Shown here: in pieces, positions 1-10,796 of the stretch | Layout of the letters: each line of letters starts with the position of its first letter | Position numbering within the stretch: the first letter of the stretch is position 1 | Notes under the pieces: generated by a model | What the model was told of the DNA's origin: nothing | Databases searched by the model: none | The model's input: the letters and a program-made list of their open reading frames with translations, nothing else | Assembly: GCA_020057295.1 (NCBI GenBank) | Contig: JAGVGF010000004.1 | Span: 59,312-123,311, forward strand | DNA length: 64,000 nt | From: an archaeon | GTDB taxonomy: Archaea; Nanobdellota; Nanobdellia; Woesearchaeales; UBA9642 | Reading direction: 5' to 3' | Position numbers and translations under genes: made by a program

Positions 1-290
1 TAATAATAGAGGCTGGATTATGCGGTGTTCCAACAATAGGTTCAACTGTTGGAGGTGTACCAGAATTGGTTCATGATGGAGTAAATGGTTATCTAATAAC
101 TTCTGGAGATGTAAATTCTTTAGAAGATAGATTGGTTTTTTTAATGAATCATGATGATGTGCGTAAAAGATTGGGAGATAATGCTAGAGTAGATTTCCTA
201 GAAAAATTTAATGCTGCTCACGTTGCACAAAGACATTTAGATGTTTATTTAGGACTTATTAAAAAATCAGTTTCTTTAAATCTAAATTAA
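1..290 (+). CDS. Glycosyltransferase family 1 (GT4), C-terminal fragment; 5' end lies outside the window
   Basis: The in-frame translation from position 3 gives IIEAGLCGVPTIGSTVGGVPELVHDGVNGYL, the classic GT1 EAGL-CG-P-I...GG..E-v-dG-nG motif. The listed ORF 66..290 is only its tail. Confidence 0.7.
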   Translation, partial: IIEAGLCGVPTIGSTVGGVPELVHDGVNGYLITSGDVNSLEDRLVFLMNHDDVRKRLGDNARVDFLEKFNAAHVAQRHLDVYLGLIKKSVSLNLN

Positions 291-305
291 GAAATATGTA
301 GTATT

Positions 306-2048
306 CTACTTTCCTATCTCTGCTATATTAATATTTTCTGGCAATACTTTTATACGCAATAGCGGGAATTCTAAATATTGTGTCGGAAATTCAAATCTTG
401 GATGTCCTCCATAATAAGTAGTTGTTCCTTTTTCCTGTGGTGTGGTTCTTCTGCTTACTTCCTTCCATCTGCTCTCTGTTTTTGCATATCCTTGTAGATG
501 TTTGAAGAAATATGTATGATTTTCAAGTATGTATACTGAACTTTCAGGATCTGAACCTAATTCTGTAAAAATATTTTCTAAATCTTTTCTAAATGCTCCT
601 GAGAATTTTGCATCGGGATCTAATGGAGATTTTTCACAACATGATATTAAATTATTAGTCCAATTTTTTATCTGTGCATTACTGATTTTCACTCCAGTTT
701 TTAAGTATTCTGTTACTGCTCTTGCACGTATAATATCTGCTGCTACATTGTCATGTATAGCTCCATCGATATCGTCGTACCGATATTTGAAATATTCTAT
801 ATTTTCTTCTGGTGACTTTTCAAATACTGCAGCATTTTGTAGCATATAATCTAATTGTAATCTTTTATCTACTTCTGATTCTATATCTTGTAATCTTTTT
901 TCTATATCGGAATTTATGAATTTTTTTAGAGCGACTAATTCCTTTTCTTTGCTGCTTTTTCTAAAAGCCTCTTTATATTTTGGTGCTAATACAGTATCTT
1001 TTTCTACTATTGATACAATATAAGGATTTAATTTCTGTTTTATTTCATTTGCGTTGTATATTACTCTCTCAATTTCTATTGGTTCCCAACTATTGGGATC
1101 TTTATCTAAATAAAATTTTGCTTCACGATCAGATATTCTATCTCCTATAAAATCCATATATTTTATCTGTGCGTCTCTCTGAATTTTTATCAAATTATTC
1201 TGATATGAAATCATTTGATATGTCATAAATGGTATCAGTCCTATTATAGCATATTTGTTAATTTTTCTAACAACTTTTGCTGTTAAAGTCAATCCTTTAT
1301 CTATCATTGTTCCAATTGTCATCTTTTTCTTTGTTTTAGGATTAAAATGTGTTATATCCTCAGATAATATTTTTTCAAGTGTATCTATTGTGAAATCTAA
1401 CTTTTCATCAAGTGCTCTATCTAGAAATTTATTTATTTCAATATGTTCTGATTCTGCTCGGAAATGTTTTGGTATATATTCTTTTTTTGGTGATATGCGT
1501 GGTAGTATGTGCTTAAACGTTCTGCCTGTTGATTCTATTCCACTACTTGATTTTCCGTGATCTACTCTGTGTCTTAATTCTACTAAAGGCTTGTTTCTTT
1601 CATATTCTTCTGTTAATTGTTTTGAAAGCCCATCAATATGTGATAATAGTCTTTCTGGTACTTTGTTTCCATATTTGCTTAACATATTTGTTCTATATGT
1701 TTCTTGTCTAAATTTATTTGGACTTTCATAAATAGCTTGCAATAATCCGTTTAGGTTTTCACTTATACCTCTAATATTGCTGACTACAGATTCGTATTTT
1801 CTTCTAATATCTCCTATATCTCTCTCGCTAGAAAATCCTATTGTTGCTCCTATTTTGAACATTCTGTATATTCTTTTAAGTTCTTTTTGATGAATTGTTG
1901 CATCTTTTGCTGTAATTGATAGAAATGTTCCTAGATCTTCAATATCGTGTCTTCTATTTATTCCTGTTTTATCTCTTTCAACAATTACTCTTTCTTTTAA
2001 TTCTTCAACTAGTCTTTCTAGTTTAGATACTTTACTTTCAAGATTCAT
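306..2048 (-). CDS. Hypothetical protein, 580 aa, no recognisable motif
   Basis: Long uninterrupted ORF with a coiled-coil-like N-terminus. The overlapping antisense ORFs look spurious. Confidence 0.5.
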   Translation of the reverse strand: MNLESKVSKLERLVEELKERVIVERDKTGINRRHDIEDLGTFLSITAKDATIHQKELKRIYRMFKIGATIGFSSERDIGDIRRKYESVVSNIRGISENLNGLLQAIYESPNKFRQETYRTNMLSKYGNKVPERLLSHIDGLSKQLTEEYERNKPLVELRHRVDHGKSSSGIESTGRTFKHILPRISPKKEYIPKHFRAESEHIEINKFLDRALDEKLDFTIDTLEKILSEDITHFNPKTKKKMTIGTMIDKGLTLTAKVVRKINKYAIIGLIPFMTYQMISYQNNLIKIQRDAQIKYMDFIGDRISDREAKFYLDKDPNSWEPIEIERVIYNANEIKQKLNPYIVSIVEKDTVLAPKYKEAFRKSSKEKELVALKKFINSDIEKRLQDIESEVDKRLQLDYMLQNAAVFEKSPEENIEYFKYRYDDIDGAIHDNVAADIIRARAVTEYLKTGVKISNAQIKNWTNNLISCCEKSPLDPDAKFSGAFRKDLENIFTELGSDPESSVYILENHTYFFKHLQGYAKTESRWKEVSRRTTPQEKGTTTYYGGHPRFEFPTQYLEFPLLRIKVLPENINIAEIGK

Positions 2049-2143
2049 ACTCTAAGAACTAGTTTTTTATTTATAAATCTTTCGATTTGTTGTCACTATT
2101 AAGTGATTAAATCTTTTTTTAGAATATTTTATAAAAAATAAAA

Positions 2144-3778
2144 TTAATATTCAGGCATTTGCATTCCTTGTTGTCCCATTGGTGGCTGTTTTCCGCCTGC
2201 AATTACATCATCAATTCGAAGTATCATTGTAACAACTTCTGATGCAGAACTAACAGCTTGAGTCTTGCTCTTCAATGGTTCAATTATTCCTTCATCCCAT
2301 GCATTTATTACTTTTCCTGAGAATACATCTATTCCGGCCCAAACTTGCTTCTTTTCGTGTGCTGCCTTCATTGCAACAAGAATATCTATTGGATCAAGAC
2401 CAGCATTTTCTGCAAGTGTCTTTGGAACAATTTCCATACTATCAGCAAATGCTTGTACTGCTAATTGTTCTCTGCCTGATAATCCTTCTGAAAATTCTCG
2501 TAACTGTTTTGCAAGTTCTATCTCACAAGATCCTGCACCAGCAACAATTCTACCATATCTTAATGCAGAAATAATTCCGCCTATAGCATCATCCATTGCT
2601 CTTTCAATTTCTGCAACAACATGTTCAGTTCCGCCTTTAACTAAAATAGTTACAGATTTTGCATTCTTACATTTCTTGACATAAGTCATATTTTCTCTAC
2701 CATTATTTATTTCTTCAACAAATCCTGCATATCCTAAATCTTTAGCTGTTAAATCCTTAACATCAGTCAATATGCTTGCACCAGTTGCTCTTGCCAATTT
2801 TTCCATATCGCTCTTCTTAACTCGACGTACAGCATATATTCCTTTCTTTGCAAGGAAGTGTTGTGCCAAGTCATCGATGCCTTTTTGGCATATTAAAACA
2901 TTAGCTCCACTATTAACTATCCTGTCAACCATTCCCCTTAACATACGCTCTTCCATATCTAAGAATGCTTGCATCTTTTCAGGATCACTGATTTGAATTT
3001 TTGCGTCAATTTCAGTATTTTTTATTTCAATAGCAGAATCTATTAATGCAATCTTTGCATCCTTAACATTTGATGGCATACTAGAATGAATTTTTTCTTT
3101 GTCTAATACTATTCCTTCAATTAATTCACTATCTTCAACAGATCCACCAACATTCTTTTCAATTTTAATATCGTTTTTATCAATGTGGATTGTAACTTTT
3201 CCATTATCTTTACGTTTTTCAAGCACTGAAGTAGCTGCTTGAACAATTAAATCAGATAATATCTCTTTAGCAGATTCAGCTTCTTTACCGACGATTGCTG
3301 TAATCGCAATTCTTCTAAGTAAGTCTGTATCTGTATCAGTTATTGGTTTTGACATTTCATTTAATATTTGCATTGCTTTTTCTGTTGCAATTTTATAACC
3401 TTTAACAATAACTGTTGGATGAATATTTCTATCAAGTAATGTTTCAGCATTTTTTAATAATTCTCCAGCTAGGACTACTGCAGTTGTTGTTCCATCACCA
3501 ACTTCTGACTCTTGAGTTTTTGCAATTTCAACTAACATTTTTGCTGCAGGATGTTCAATAGACATTTCCTTAAGAATAGTTGCACCATCATTAGTAATTA
3601 TAACATCACCAAGAGAATCAACAATCATCTTATCCATCCCTTTTGGGCCAAGTGTTGTTCTTACGATATCAGAAACAATTTTTGCAGCCATAATATTATT
3701 ACGCTGTGCATTCTTGCCAGTAGTTCTTTGAGTATTTTCTGGAAGTATAAATATTGGTTGCATATTCTCTCTAGTCAT
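2144..3778 (-). CDS. ths: Thermosome subunit (group II chaperonin)
   Basis: [23 protein letters not shown] and a C-terminal GGM-rich tail ([17 protein letters not shown]). Confidence 0.95.
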   Translation of the reverse strand: MTRENMQPIFILPENTQRTTGKNAQRNNIMAAKIVSDIVRTTLGPKGMDKMIVDSLGDVIITNDGATILKEMSIEHPAAKMLVEIAKTQESEVGDGTTTAVVLAGELLKNAETLLDRNIHPTVIVKGYKIATEKAMQILNEMSKPITDTDTDLLRRIAITAIVGKEAESAKEILSDLIVQAATSVLEKRKDNGKVTIHIDKNDIKIEKNVGGSVEDSELIEGIVLDKEKIHSSMPSNVKDAKIALIDSAIEIKNTEIDAKIQISDPEKMQAFLDMEERMLRGMVDRIVNSGANVLICQKGIDDLAQHFLAKKGIYAVRRVKKSDMEKLARATGASILTDVKDLTAKDLGYAGFVEEINNGRENMTYVKKCKNAKSVTILVKGGTEHVVAEIERAMDDAIGGIISALRYGRIVAGAGSCEIELAKQLREFSEGLSGREQLAVQAFADSMEIVPKTLAENAGLDPIDILVAMKAAHEKKQVWAGIDVFSGKVINAWDEGIIEPLKSKTQAVSSASEVVTMILRIDDVIAGGKQPPMGQQGMQMPEY

Positions 3779-3831
3779 TAAAATTCACCCCAACTATAAT
3801 AATACACGTAGTACTATCTTCTTTATAAATT

Positions 3832-4437
3832 TTGTCAACAACCTTTTTATATAAGTTATATGATTATGTCTACATGATTATTACTATTTCTGGACTTGCA
3901 GGTTCGGGTAAGACCACTGTTTTAAAAGAATTAGCGAAGCGATTAAATTACAGTTTCTATGATATTGGAACCTTAAGGAAGAGAATGGCTAAAGAGCGTG
4001 GAATGACAATTGAAGAATTTAATAAACTTGGAGAAAAGGAATCATTCACAGATAACGATGCAGATAAATATCTAGAAAATTTAGGAAAAACAGAAGACAA
4101 TTTTGTTGTACAAGGAAGATTAGCATACTATTTCATACCACACTCAATAAAAATATTTTTGAATGTTACATTAGAGAAAGCTGCAGAACGAATAATGAAA
4201 GATAGTGATAATCCTGAACGTAATAGCGAATCACAACATTCTTCGTTAGAAGTCATACGAAGATTATCTAAGGATAGAGATGATAGTGATATAGTAAGAT
4301 ATAGAAAATGGTATGGGATAGAAAATTATCGTGACCCAAAGAATTACGATTTAATAATAGACACATCTAATATAACTGCTGACGAAGTAGTTCAGAAAAT
4401 ACTTGATTATACTAATTCTCAAACGCTGACTACTTAA
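3832..4437 (+). CDS. cmk: Archaeal-type cytidylate (CMP) kinase, P-loop NTPase; the true start is probably ATG 3874
   Basis: MIITISGLAGSGKTTV P-loop near the N-terminus, about 185 aa, with family-like layout. Confidence 0.65.
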   Translation: MSTTFLYKLYDYVYMIITISGLAGSGKTTVLKELAKRLNYSFYDIGTLRKRMAKERGMTIEEFNKLGEKESFTDNDADKYLENLGKTEDNFVVQGRLAYYFIPHSIKIFLNVTLEKAAERIMKDSDNPERNSESQHSSLEVIRRLSKDRDDSDIVRYRKWYGIENYRDPKNYDLIIDTSNITADEVVQKILDYTNSQTLTT

Positions 4438-4502
4438 GATTAAACAAACTTTTTAAATAAACTTCTAGTCCTTATGATATTAATATTTATGAGGTAATTA
4501 TA

Positions 4503-5144
4503 ATGGTTGACAAGATAAAGAAAGGCGATTTTGTAGAATTGGACTATACTGCAAAGATAGTTAATCTAGATAAGGTATTTGATACTACACTAGAATCTGT
4601 AGCAAAAGACAAAGGCATTCATAATAAGGAAATAAAGTATAAGCCATTAGTAATTAAGGTTGGTGAAGGACATTTAGTAAAAGGACTTGATGCATTTATT
4701 GTAGACAAAGTTCCTGGAAATTATAAAGTAGAATTAGATGCAGAAAATGCATTCGGCAAGAAAAATGCTAAATTATTACGATTAGTATCAATCAAAGAAT
4801 TTCATAAAAACCAGATACAACCAGTACCAGGTCTTGAGGTAGAATTAGATAATCATAGAGGAGTAGTTCGAACAGTAAATGGTGGACGAGTTATTGTAGA
4901 TTTTAATCATCCACTAAGTTCACAAGATGTCACATATGATATACACATTAAGAGCATAGTTACAGACCCTAAAGCTAAAGTTGAAGCAGCATTAGAATCA
5001 TTCAGGATACCATTTGAACAAGTCACATTTGAAAATGATAAGGCAACAGTCACATTCAAGACAAAAATACCCGAAGAAATAGTCAAGCCAATTGTTGATG
5101 AGTTAAAGAAAATGACTGATGTAAAAGATGTCGAATTCAAGTAA
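4503..5144 (+). CDS. FKBP-type peptidyl-prolyl cis-trans isomerase (long archaeal FKBP with insert domain)
   Basis: GDFVELDYTAK...FDTT...PLVIKVGEGHLVKGLDAFI is an FKBP-fold signature. Confidence 0.8.
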   Translation: MVDKIKKGDFVELDYTAKIVNLDKVFDTTLESVAKDKGIHNKEIKYKPLVIKVGEGHLVKGLDAFIVDKVPGNYKVELDAENAFGKKNAKLLRLVSIKEFHKNQIQPVPGLEVELDNHRGVVRTVNGGRVIVDFNHPLSSQDVTYDIHIKSIVTDPKAKVEAALESFRIPFEQVTFENDKATVTFKTKIPEEIVKPIVDELKKMTDVKDVEFK

Positions 5145-5233
5145 AATTAAGGCAAATATGTTTTTTAATTGTTCTTTTCTTAAAATTTTTAAATACAACG
5201 AGTCTCTAGTGGTTATAATGTAGGTGGTTATGT

Positions 5234-6337
5234 ATGGATAAAATTCATCAGGGTGTCAATCCTAAGCTTGCTTCTAAGGAAGTTACAGATAAGAATCCTT
5301 TAGATGCAGAATTGGAAGAGATGTTATCAAAACAGCGAGCTTCAATCAAAGTTGTAGGATGTGGTGGTGCTGGTAATAACACTATTAATAGGATTGCAGA
5401 GGTTGGAGTTGTTGGTGCGGAAACAATAGCTGTAAATACTGATGCTCAAGATTTACTATACACTACAGCAGATAAAAAAATTCTAATCGGAAAAGAGTTA
5501 ACTAAAGGTCTTGGAGCTGGCGGAATCCCAAAAGTTGGTGAGGATGCATGCAGAGAACAAGAGCACGAATTAAAGAATGCATTAACAGGCGCTGACATGG
5601 TGTTTTTAACATGTGGTCTTGGTGGCGGTACAGGAACTGGATCAGTATCAGTAGTTGCAGAAATTGCAAAAAAATTAGGTGCATTAACAGTTGCAATAGT
5701 CACAGTCCCATTCTCAATGGAAGGACATAGAAGATATGAAAATGCAATGTATGGTCTAGATAATCTAGAGAAAAACGTTGATACATTAATTGTAATTCCA
5801 AACGATAAATTAATCGAACTAGCACCAGATTTACCATTACACACAGCATTCAAAGTAGCAGATGAAATTCTAACAAATGCTGTTAAAGGAATAGCTGAAT
5901 TAATTACAAGAGCAGGTCTAGTAAATTTAGACTTTGCGGATGTTAAGGCAGTAATGGGTAATGGCGGAATAGCATTAATAGGAATAGGAGAATCAGATTC
6001 AGAAAACCGCGCAATGGAAGCTGTAGACAAGGCAATACATAATCCGTTATTAGATGTTGATGTAGCAGGAGCAAACGGCGCATTAATCAACGTTTGCGGT
6101 GGAACAGATTTAACATTGAATGAAGCAAAGAAAATAGTTGAAGCAATCTCAGTAAAACTTGATGAAGATGCAAGACTAATCTGGGGAGCACAAATCTCAG
6201 AAGAACTACAAGGCACAGTCAAAGTAATGTTAATCGTAACTGGTGTTAAAAGTTCGCAAATCACGGGTAGAAGTCAAATCGAAGTAAAAGACAAGAAAGG
6301 ACAAATGACTGATTCCTTAGGAATTGAGTTCTTATAA
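5234..6337 (+). CDS. ftsZ: Cell division GTPase FtsZ
   Basis: VVGCGGAGNNTINR and GLGGGTGTGS tubulin/FtsZ GTP-binding motifs. Confidence 0.95.
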   Translation: MDKIHQGVNPKLASKEVTDKNPLDAELEEMLSKQRASIKVVGCGGAGNNTINRIAEVGVVGAETIAVNTDAQDLLYTTADKKILIGKELTKGLGAGGIPKVGEDACREQEHELKNALTGADMVFLTCGLGGGTGTGSVSVVAEIAKKLGALTVAIVTVPFSMEGHRRYENAMYGLDNLEKNVDTLIVIPNDKLIELAPDLPLHTAFKVADEILTNAVKGIAELITRAGLVNLDFADVKAVMGNGGIALIGIGESDSENRAMEAVDKAIHNPLLDVDVAGANGALINVCGGTDLTLNEAKKIVEAISVKLDEDARLIWGAQISEELQGTVKVMLIVTGVKSSQITGRSQIEVKDKKGQMTDSLGIEFL

Positions 6338-6587
6338 AATTATTTTTTTCTTACTTATCTTATTCTAATATTGCAGCGATATTGTATTAATATTACAGCA
6401 CCCACAACATTTATAAATGCCCTAAATTTCCTTTATTCTATAATAAACGGTTCTCAAACCGTAGTGAGATGCATTGTAATTCTCGTAGCATGCGTCGACC
6501 ATAATCGTCGTTGGCGATTAATCAATATAATAATACTATATCATATCAAAAATAATAATATTATAATAAACATCGAGGTTAAATAAA

Positions 6588-7430
6588 ATGGCTGAAGAAA
6601 ATACAAATACAAACAATAGAAATGCTGCAAAGAATGCTGCAAAAGCAGCTGCAGATTTAAAGAAACAAAAGAAAAAGAAATGGTTTCCGCTAGTAGCACC
6701 AGAAGCATTCCAAAGTAGAATAATAGGAGAAGTACTATTAGAAGATGCATCTGTATTAATGGGTAGGACAGTAAAAGTTAACATGATGCAATTAATGGGA
6801 GACATGAAGAGACAAAGTGTTAATGTAATGTTCAAAGTTACAGATATTAAGGAAGGTAAAGCATTTACACAACCAGTAAAATTCGAGATATCCTCATTCT
6901 CATTAAAGAGACTTGCAAAGCGAGAAAAAGATAAATTATCAGACAGTTTTGTTGTAAAAACTGGAGACGGAAAGTTAGTTAGAATAAAACCTGTAATGGT
7001 AACAAATGCTATGACTAACGGAGCAGTACTTGCAACATTAGTTAAGACATGTAGAGCCGTATGTAAGGAAATAGTTAATAAGAGTAAATTCGAACAATTA
7101 ATTATAGACTTAGTAACATACAAATTCCAGAAAGAAGTAAAAGAAGGACTACATAAAGTTTATCCATTAAGAAACTTCGATATCAGAATATTAGAACTAG
7201 AAAATAAGAAGAAGAACGAGACTGTAGAAGAAGAAATGATAATGAAGTTAAAGAAAGTAGCTGAAAAGAAGCTAGCGGATAAGGCAGAAGAGCAAGAAGA
7301 AGAAAAGAAAAGTTCACAAGAAGAATCAGATACGAGTGATGAACCAGTAGACAATGCTCCAGAGCCAGAAGCATCAGAAGAAGAAACTGATGACGAAGAT
7401 TCAGAAGAGGATTCTGAAGAAGGTAAATAA
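6588..7430 (+). CDS. rps3ae: Ribosomal protein S3Ae (eS1) with a roughly 80-aa K/E-rich and acidic C-terminal extension
   Basis: KKWFPLVAPEAFQSRIIGE is the S3Ae N-terminal signature. The tail is EEQEEEKK...SEEETDDEDSEEDSEEGK. Confidence 0.85.
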   Translation: MAEENTNTNNRNAAKNAAKAAADLKKQKKKKWFPLVAPEAFQSRIIGEVLLEDASVLMGRTVKVNMMQLMGDMKRQSVNVMFKVTDIKEGKAFTQPVKFEISSFSLKRLAKREKDKLSDSFVVKTGDGKLVRIKPVMVTNAMTNGAVLATLVKTCRAVCKEIVNKSKFEQLIIDLVTYKFQKEVKEGLHKVYPLRNFDIRILELENKKKNETVEEEMIMKLKKVAEKKLADKAEEQEEEKKSSQEESDTSDEPVDNAPEPEASEEETDDEDSEEDSEEGK

Positions 7431-7462
7431 ACTCTTATTTTTTTATTTTTTTTAATTACATT
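7431..7462 (+). terminator. Oligo-T tract after S3Ae (archaeal intrinsic terminator-like)
   Basis: cttatttttttattttttttaatt immediately after the stop codon. Confidence 0.4.
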
Positions 7463-7503
7463 TTTATATAATACATTCTTTATGAGATTATCAAACACAA
7501 AAA

Positions 7504-7764
7504 ATGATTAACGAAGATTACGATTTGGAATTAGAAAAAGTTGTTACAGAAATTAAGAAACGTAAGGCAAAAAAAGTACTTGTACAACTTGGTGAAGGAT
7601 TAAAACCTAGAGCAAAAGAGATACAAGAACACATATCTAAGGAATTAGGAAATTCATGTCAAGTATATTTCTGGTTAAATAGCTGTTATGGTAAATGCGA
7701 TATCCCAGAAATTATCGACAGTAAAAACAACGATTTTGATGTGTTAATACAATTCGGACACTAA
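7504..7764 (+). pseudogene. dph2: Dph2 (diphthamide synthase) N-terminal fragment, truncated after the FGH motif
   Basis: YDLELEKVVTEIKKRKAKKVLVQLGEGL, SCYGKCD and LIQFGH match the Dph2 N-terminus. It is only 86 aa against about 330, and no other frame continues it. Confidence 0.6.
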
Positions 7765-7813
7765 AATCCTTTCTATAGAAACATTTATTAATTATGTGTG
7801 ACTTTGGATTCTT

Positions 7814-8065
7814 ATGGTTAAAAAAGATAATTTAAAAAAATTATATATTAGCTTACTAGTATTATTTGTTTTATGGTTAGTTATTTTCTTTGTTGGATTA
7901 AATTCCAATTGTAGAACTGTGACTGCTTCTGGAGTACATTGGTTATCTTGTTCGGAATTAAGTTTCTCCATGAATTTATTTTATGGCGTCCTATCTACTT
8001 TAACTATACTCGGAACAGCTGTAATTATAATCTTACTAATAATGCGCTTGTCATTTAAACAGTAA
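7814..8065 (+). CDS. Small hydrophobic membrane protein, hypothetical
   Basis: Two predicted TM segments; ORF only. Confidence 0.3.
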   Translation: MVKKDNLKKLYISLLVLFVLWLVIFFVGLNSNCRTVTASGVHWLSCSELSFSMNLFYGVLSTLTILGTAVIIILLIMRLSFKQ

Positions 8066-8267
8066 AATTATAGCTGTTTTTTAGACGGCATTCAATAATA
8101 AATTGTAACTCTAAGTTCTAATTTTGTTTTTTCATTTTTTAAAGCATGTTTTATCGACGATAAATTTAGCTCATTTTTTGGCAAAATCAAAAATATTATA
8201 TATTTCTTAAGTTATACTACATTAAAAATTTGTAAAGCGAAGTTATTGAATTAGTATTTAATCGTCG

Positions 8268-10754
8268 ATGAAATGTCGTTTTGCAAAGAGATATGCTATG
8301 ACCTATGAATTAATCATAACTGAAAAACCAAATGCTGCTGAAAAAATAGCACAAGCATTAGCAGATTATAAGCCAATTAAAGAAATGTTTCAAGGCGTTC
8401 CATATTATAAAATTACACATAACGGCAAGGATATTGTCGTCGGATGTGCCGTAGGGCATTTATTTACTATAGCTGAAACAGAGAAGAGTTTCAAATATCC
8501 TTCATTTGTTCTAGAATGGAAGGCAACTGATGAAGTTGATCCTAAAAGTTTTACTAAAAGATATATCGCTGCATTAAGAAAAATTTCTAAGGGTGCTAAA
8601 GACTTTACAGTAGCTACTGATTATGATATTGAAGGAGAAGTTATAGGACTAAATGTTATTAGATATATATGTAAACAGAAAGATGCCAGTAGAATGAAAT
8701 TTTCAACCTTAACAAAACCTGATTTAATTGAAAGTTATGCTCACAAATCTAAATCTTTAGATTGGGGTCAGGCATATGCTGGTGAAGCGAGACATTTCTT
8801 AGACTGGATGTACGGTATAAACTTAAGCAGAGCGTTAATGCATTCACTAAAAAGTGTTGGACAGTTTAAGATAATGAGTTCTGGACGTGTTCAAGGACCG
8901 GCCCTCAAGACTATTGTAGATTTAGAGAAGGATATTGCAAAATTTAAACCAACTCCTTATTGGGAGATACAAGTTAATGGATTATTAGATAATAAACATG
9001 TAGAATCATGGCATGAAAAAGATAAATTTAATGATGAGAAAGAAGCATTACACGTATATCATAAGATTAAAGGCAAAGATGGTGTTGTTAGAAGCCTAGA
9101 AAAATCTGAATTTATACAAAAAGCTCCAGTTCCATTTGATTTAACAACATTACAAACCGAAGCATACAGATTCTTTGGAATAAATCCTAAACAAACTTTA
9201 GAAATAGCTCAAGAATTGTATACCGGAGGATTTATATCATATCCAAGAACTTCATCACAAAAACTACCTAAAGAGATAGGGTACAAAAAAGTTTTAGAAT
9301 CACTCGGTAAAAATGTATTATATAAACCATTAACAGATGCATTACTAAAACTTAAAGAATTAATACCTACTGAAGGTAAAAAAACCGATCCAGCACATCC
9401 AGCTATATATCCTACAGGAGTATTGCCTCGTGTTAAAGATCGTGAACATAAGATTTATGATTTAATAGTTAAAAGATTCATGTCGTGTTTTGGTGATGAT
9501 GCAAAACGTGAAACAGCAACAATAACTATAGATATAGAAAAGGAAAAATTCATAGCCAAAGGTACTAGAACAACATATCCCGGATGGCATAAATATTATG
9601 CACCTTATGTAAAGTTAGAAGATCAAGAAATGCCTGCAGTAAAGCAAGGAGACAAGTTTCATAATAAAGAAACAATAAAGCATGATAAACAAACACAACC
9701 ACCAAGAAGATATACTCAAGCATCACTTGTTCGAGAGTTAGAAACTAGAAATCTTGGAACGAAAGCTACGAGAGCATCAATTATAGAATCATTATATGAT
9801 AGAAATTATATTAAGAACGATCCAATAGAAGCCACAGAACTTGGAATGGAGACCATAAGAGTTCTTGATAAATATTGTCCAGAAATTGTTGATGAACAAT
9901 TAACAAGACATTTCGAAGAAGAAATGGAAGAAATTAGAGAGAAAAAATTAAGTGAACATAAAATACTTGTTGAAGCAAAGACTGAATTAACAAAATTATT
10001 AGAAAAATTCAAGAAGAATGAAAAAATTATTGGTGGAGAATTATTAACTTCATATAAGAAAGCTTTAGAAACTGAAAGTTATATTGGTAAATGTCCAAAA
10101 TGTAATAAGGGAAATTTACGAATTACTTATTCTAGAAAAAGCAAAAGAAAATTTATCGCATGTGATGGATATCCTGAATGTAAAAATATTTTCAATATGC
10201 CATTTGGAAAAGTTAAGGCTACAGAAAAAATTTGTGACAAATGTCAATATCCTATAATACAGATAATAGCTGCCAGAAGATTTCAAGAAACATGTTTAAA
10301 CAATGGTTGTCCTTCAAAAAAATCTGAAGATAAACAAATTCAGAAAGAAGTTGATAGAATAGAATCAGGAAAGGTAGAAAAAGCATGCCCTGTATGTGGA
10401 AAAAATCTTGCATTAAGAAAATCTATGTATGGACAATTTTTAGGATGTTCTGGATATCCTGAATGTAGATATATAGAAAAGATTCCTAAAGATGAAACTG
10501 ATAAAAAAACTATTGAAGAGAAGAGAAAATATATCTCCGCTAATAAAGAAAAATATATTGCGGAAATGGCTGCAAAAGCGGAAGCCAGAAAGAATAGATT
10601 CCAAAAGTTTGGTAAGAAAGCAACAAAAGCTGAGCCGAAAAAAGAAACTTCTAAAGATAATAAAACAATAAAAACAGAAACTACAAAAAATAAATCATCA
10701 ACAAAACCTGCTGTAACGGCTAAACCTGTTAAAAAAACTTCTAAAAAGAAATGA
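8268..10754 (+). CDS. topA: DNA topoisomerase I (type IA) with C-terminal Zn ribbons and a K-rich tail; the true start is probably ATG 8298
   Basis: TOPRIM N-terminus (ELIITEKPNAAEKIAQAL), an active-site Tyr region, and repeated C-x2-C...C-x-C zinc-ribbon modules. Confidence 0.9.
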   Translation: MKCRFAKRYAMTYELIITEKPNAAEKIAQALADYKPIKEMFQGVPYYKITHNGKDIVVGCAVGHLFTIAETEKSFKYPSFVLEWKATDEVDPKSFTKRYIAALRKISKGAKDFTVATDYDIEGEVIGLNVIRYICKQKDASRMKFSTLTKPDLIESYAHKSKSLDWGQAYAGEARHFLDWMYGINLSRALMHSLKSVGQFKIMSSGRVQGPALKTIVDLEKDIAKFKPTPYWEIQVNGLLDNKHVESWHEKDKFNDEKEALHVYHKIKGKDGVVRSLEKSEFIQKAPVPFDLTTLQTEAYRFFGINPKQTLEIAQELYTGGFISYPRTSSQKLPKEIGYKKVLESLGKNVLYKPLTDALLKLKELIPTEGKKTDPAHPAIYPTGVLPRVKDREHKIYDLIVKRFMSCFGDDAKRETATITIDIEKEKFIAKGTRTTYPGWHKYYAPYVKLEDQEMPAVKQGDKFHNKETIKHDKQTQPPRRYTQASLVRELETRNLGTKATRASIIESLYDRNYIKNDPIEATELGMETIRVLDKYCPEIVDEQLTRHFEEEMEEIREKKLSEHKILVEAKTELTKLLEKFKKNEKIIGGELLTSYKKALETESYIGKCPKCNKGNLRITYSRKSKRKFIACDGYPECKNIFNMPFGKVKATEKICDKCQYPIIQIIAARRFQETCLNNGCPSKKSEDKQIQKEVDRIESGKVEKACPVCGKNLALRKSMYGQFLGCSGYPECRYIEKIPKDETDKKTIEEKRKYISANKEKYIAEMAAKAEARKNRFQKFGKKATKAEPKKETSKDNKTIKTETTKNKSSTKPAVTAKPVKKTSKKK

Positions 10755-10796
10755 TATCATACTTACTAAGAAAGAGTAAAAATATTATAAAGCTTC

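Noticed and set aside
2265-2684. ORFs of 139 aa and 99 aa antisense to the thermosome gene, with similar antisense ORFs inside ftsZ (5446-6264), rpoA', rpoA'' and others
   Set aside because: They lie fully inside well-supported genes on the opposite strand, have low-complexity composition and show no motifs. They are shadow ORFs.
6371-6586. 71-aa ORF in the ftsZ-S3Ae spacer
   Set aside because: It has no protein-like composition. The region is better explained as a regulatory or ncRNA candidate.
10560-10754. K-rich repetitive 3' end of topA as a possible separate gene or low-complexity artefact
   Set aside because: It is continuous in frame with topA. Basic tails are common on archaeal DNA-binding proteins.
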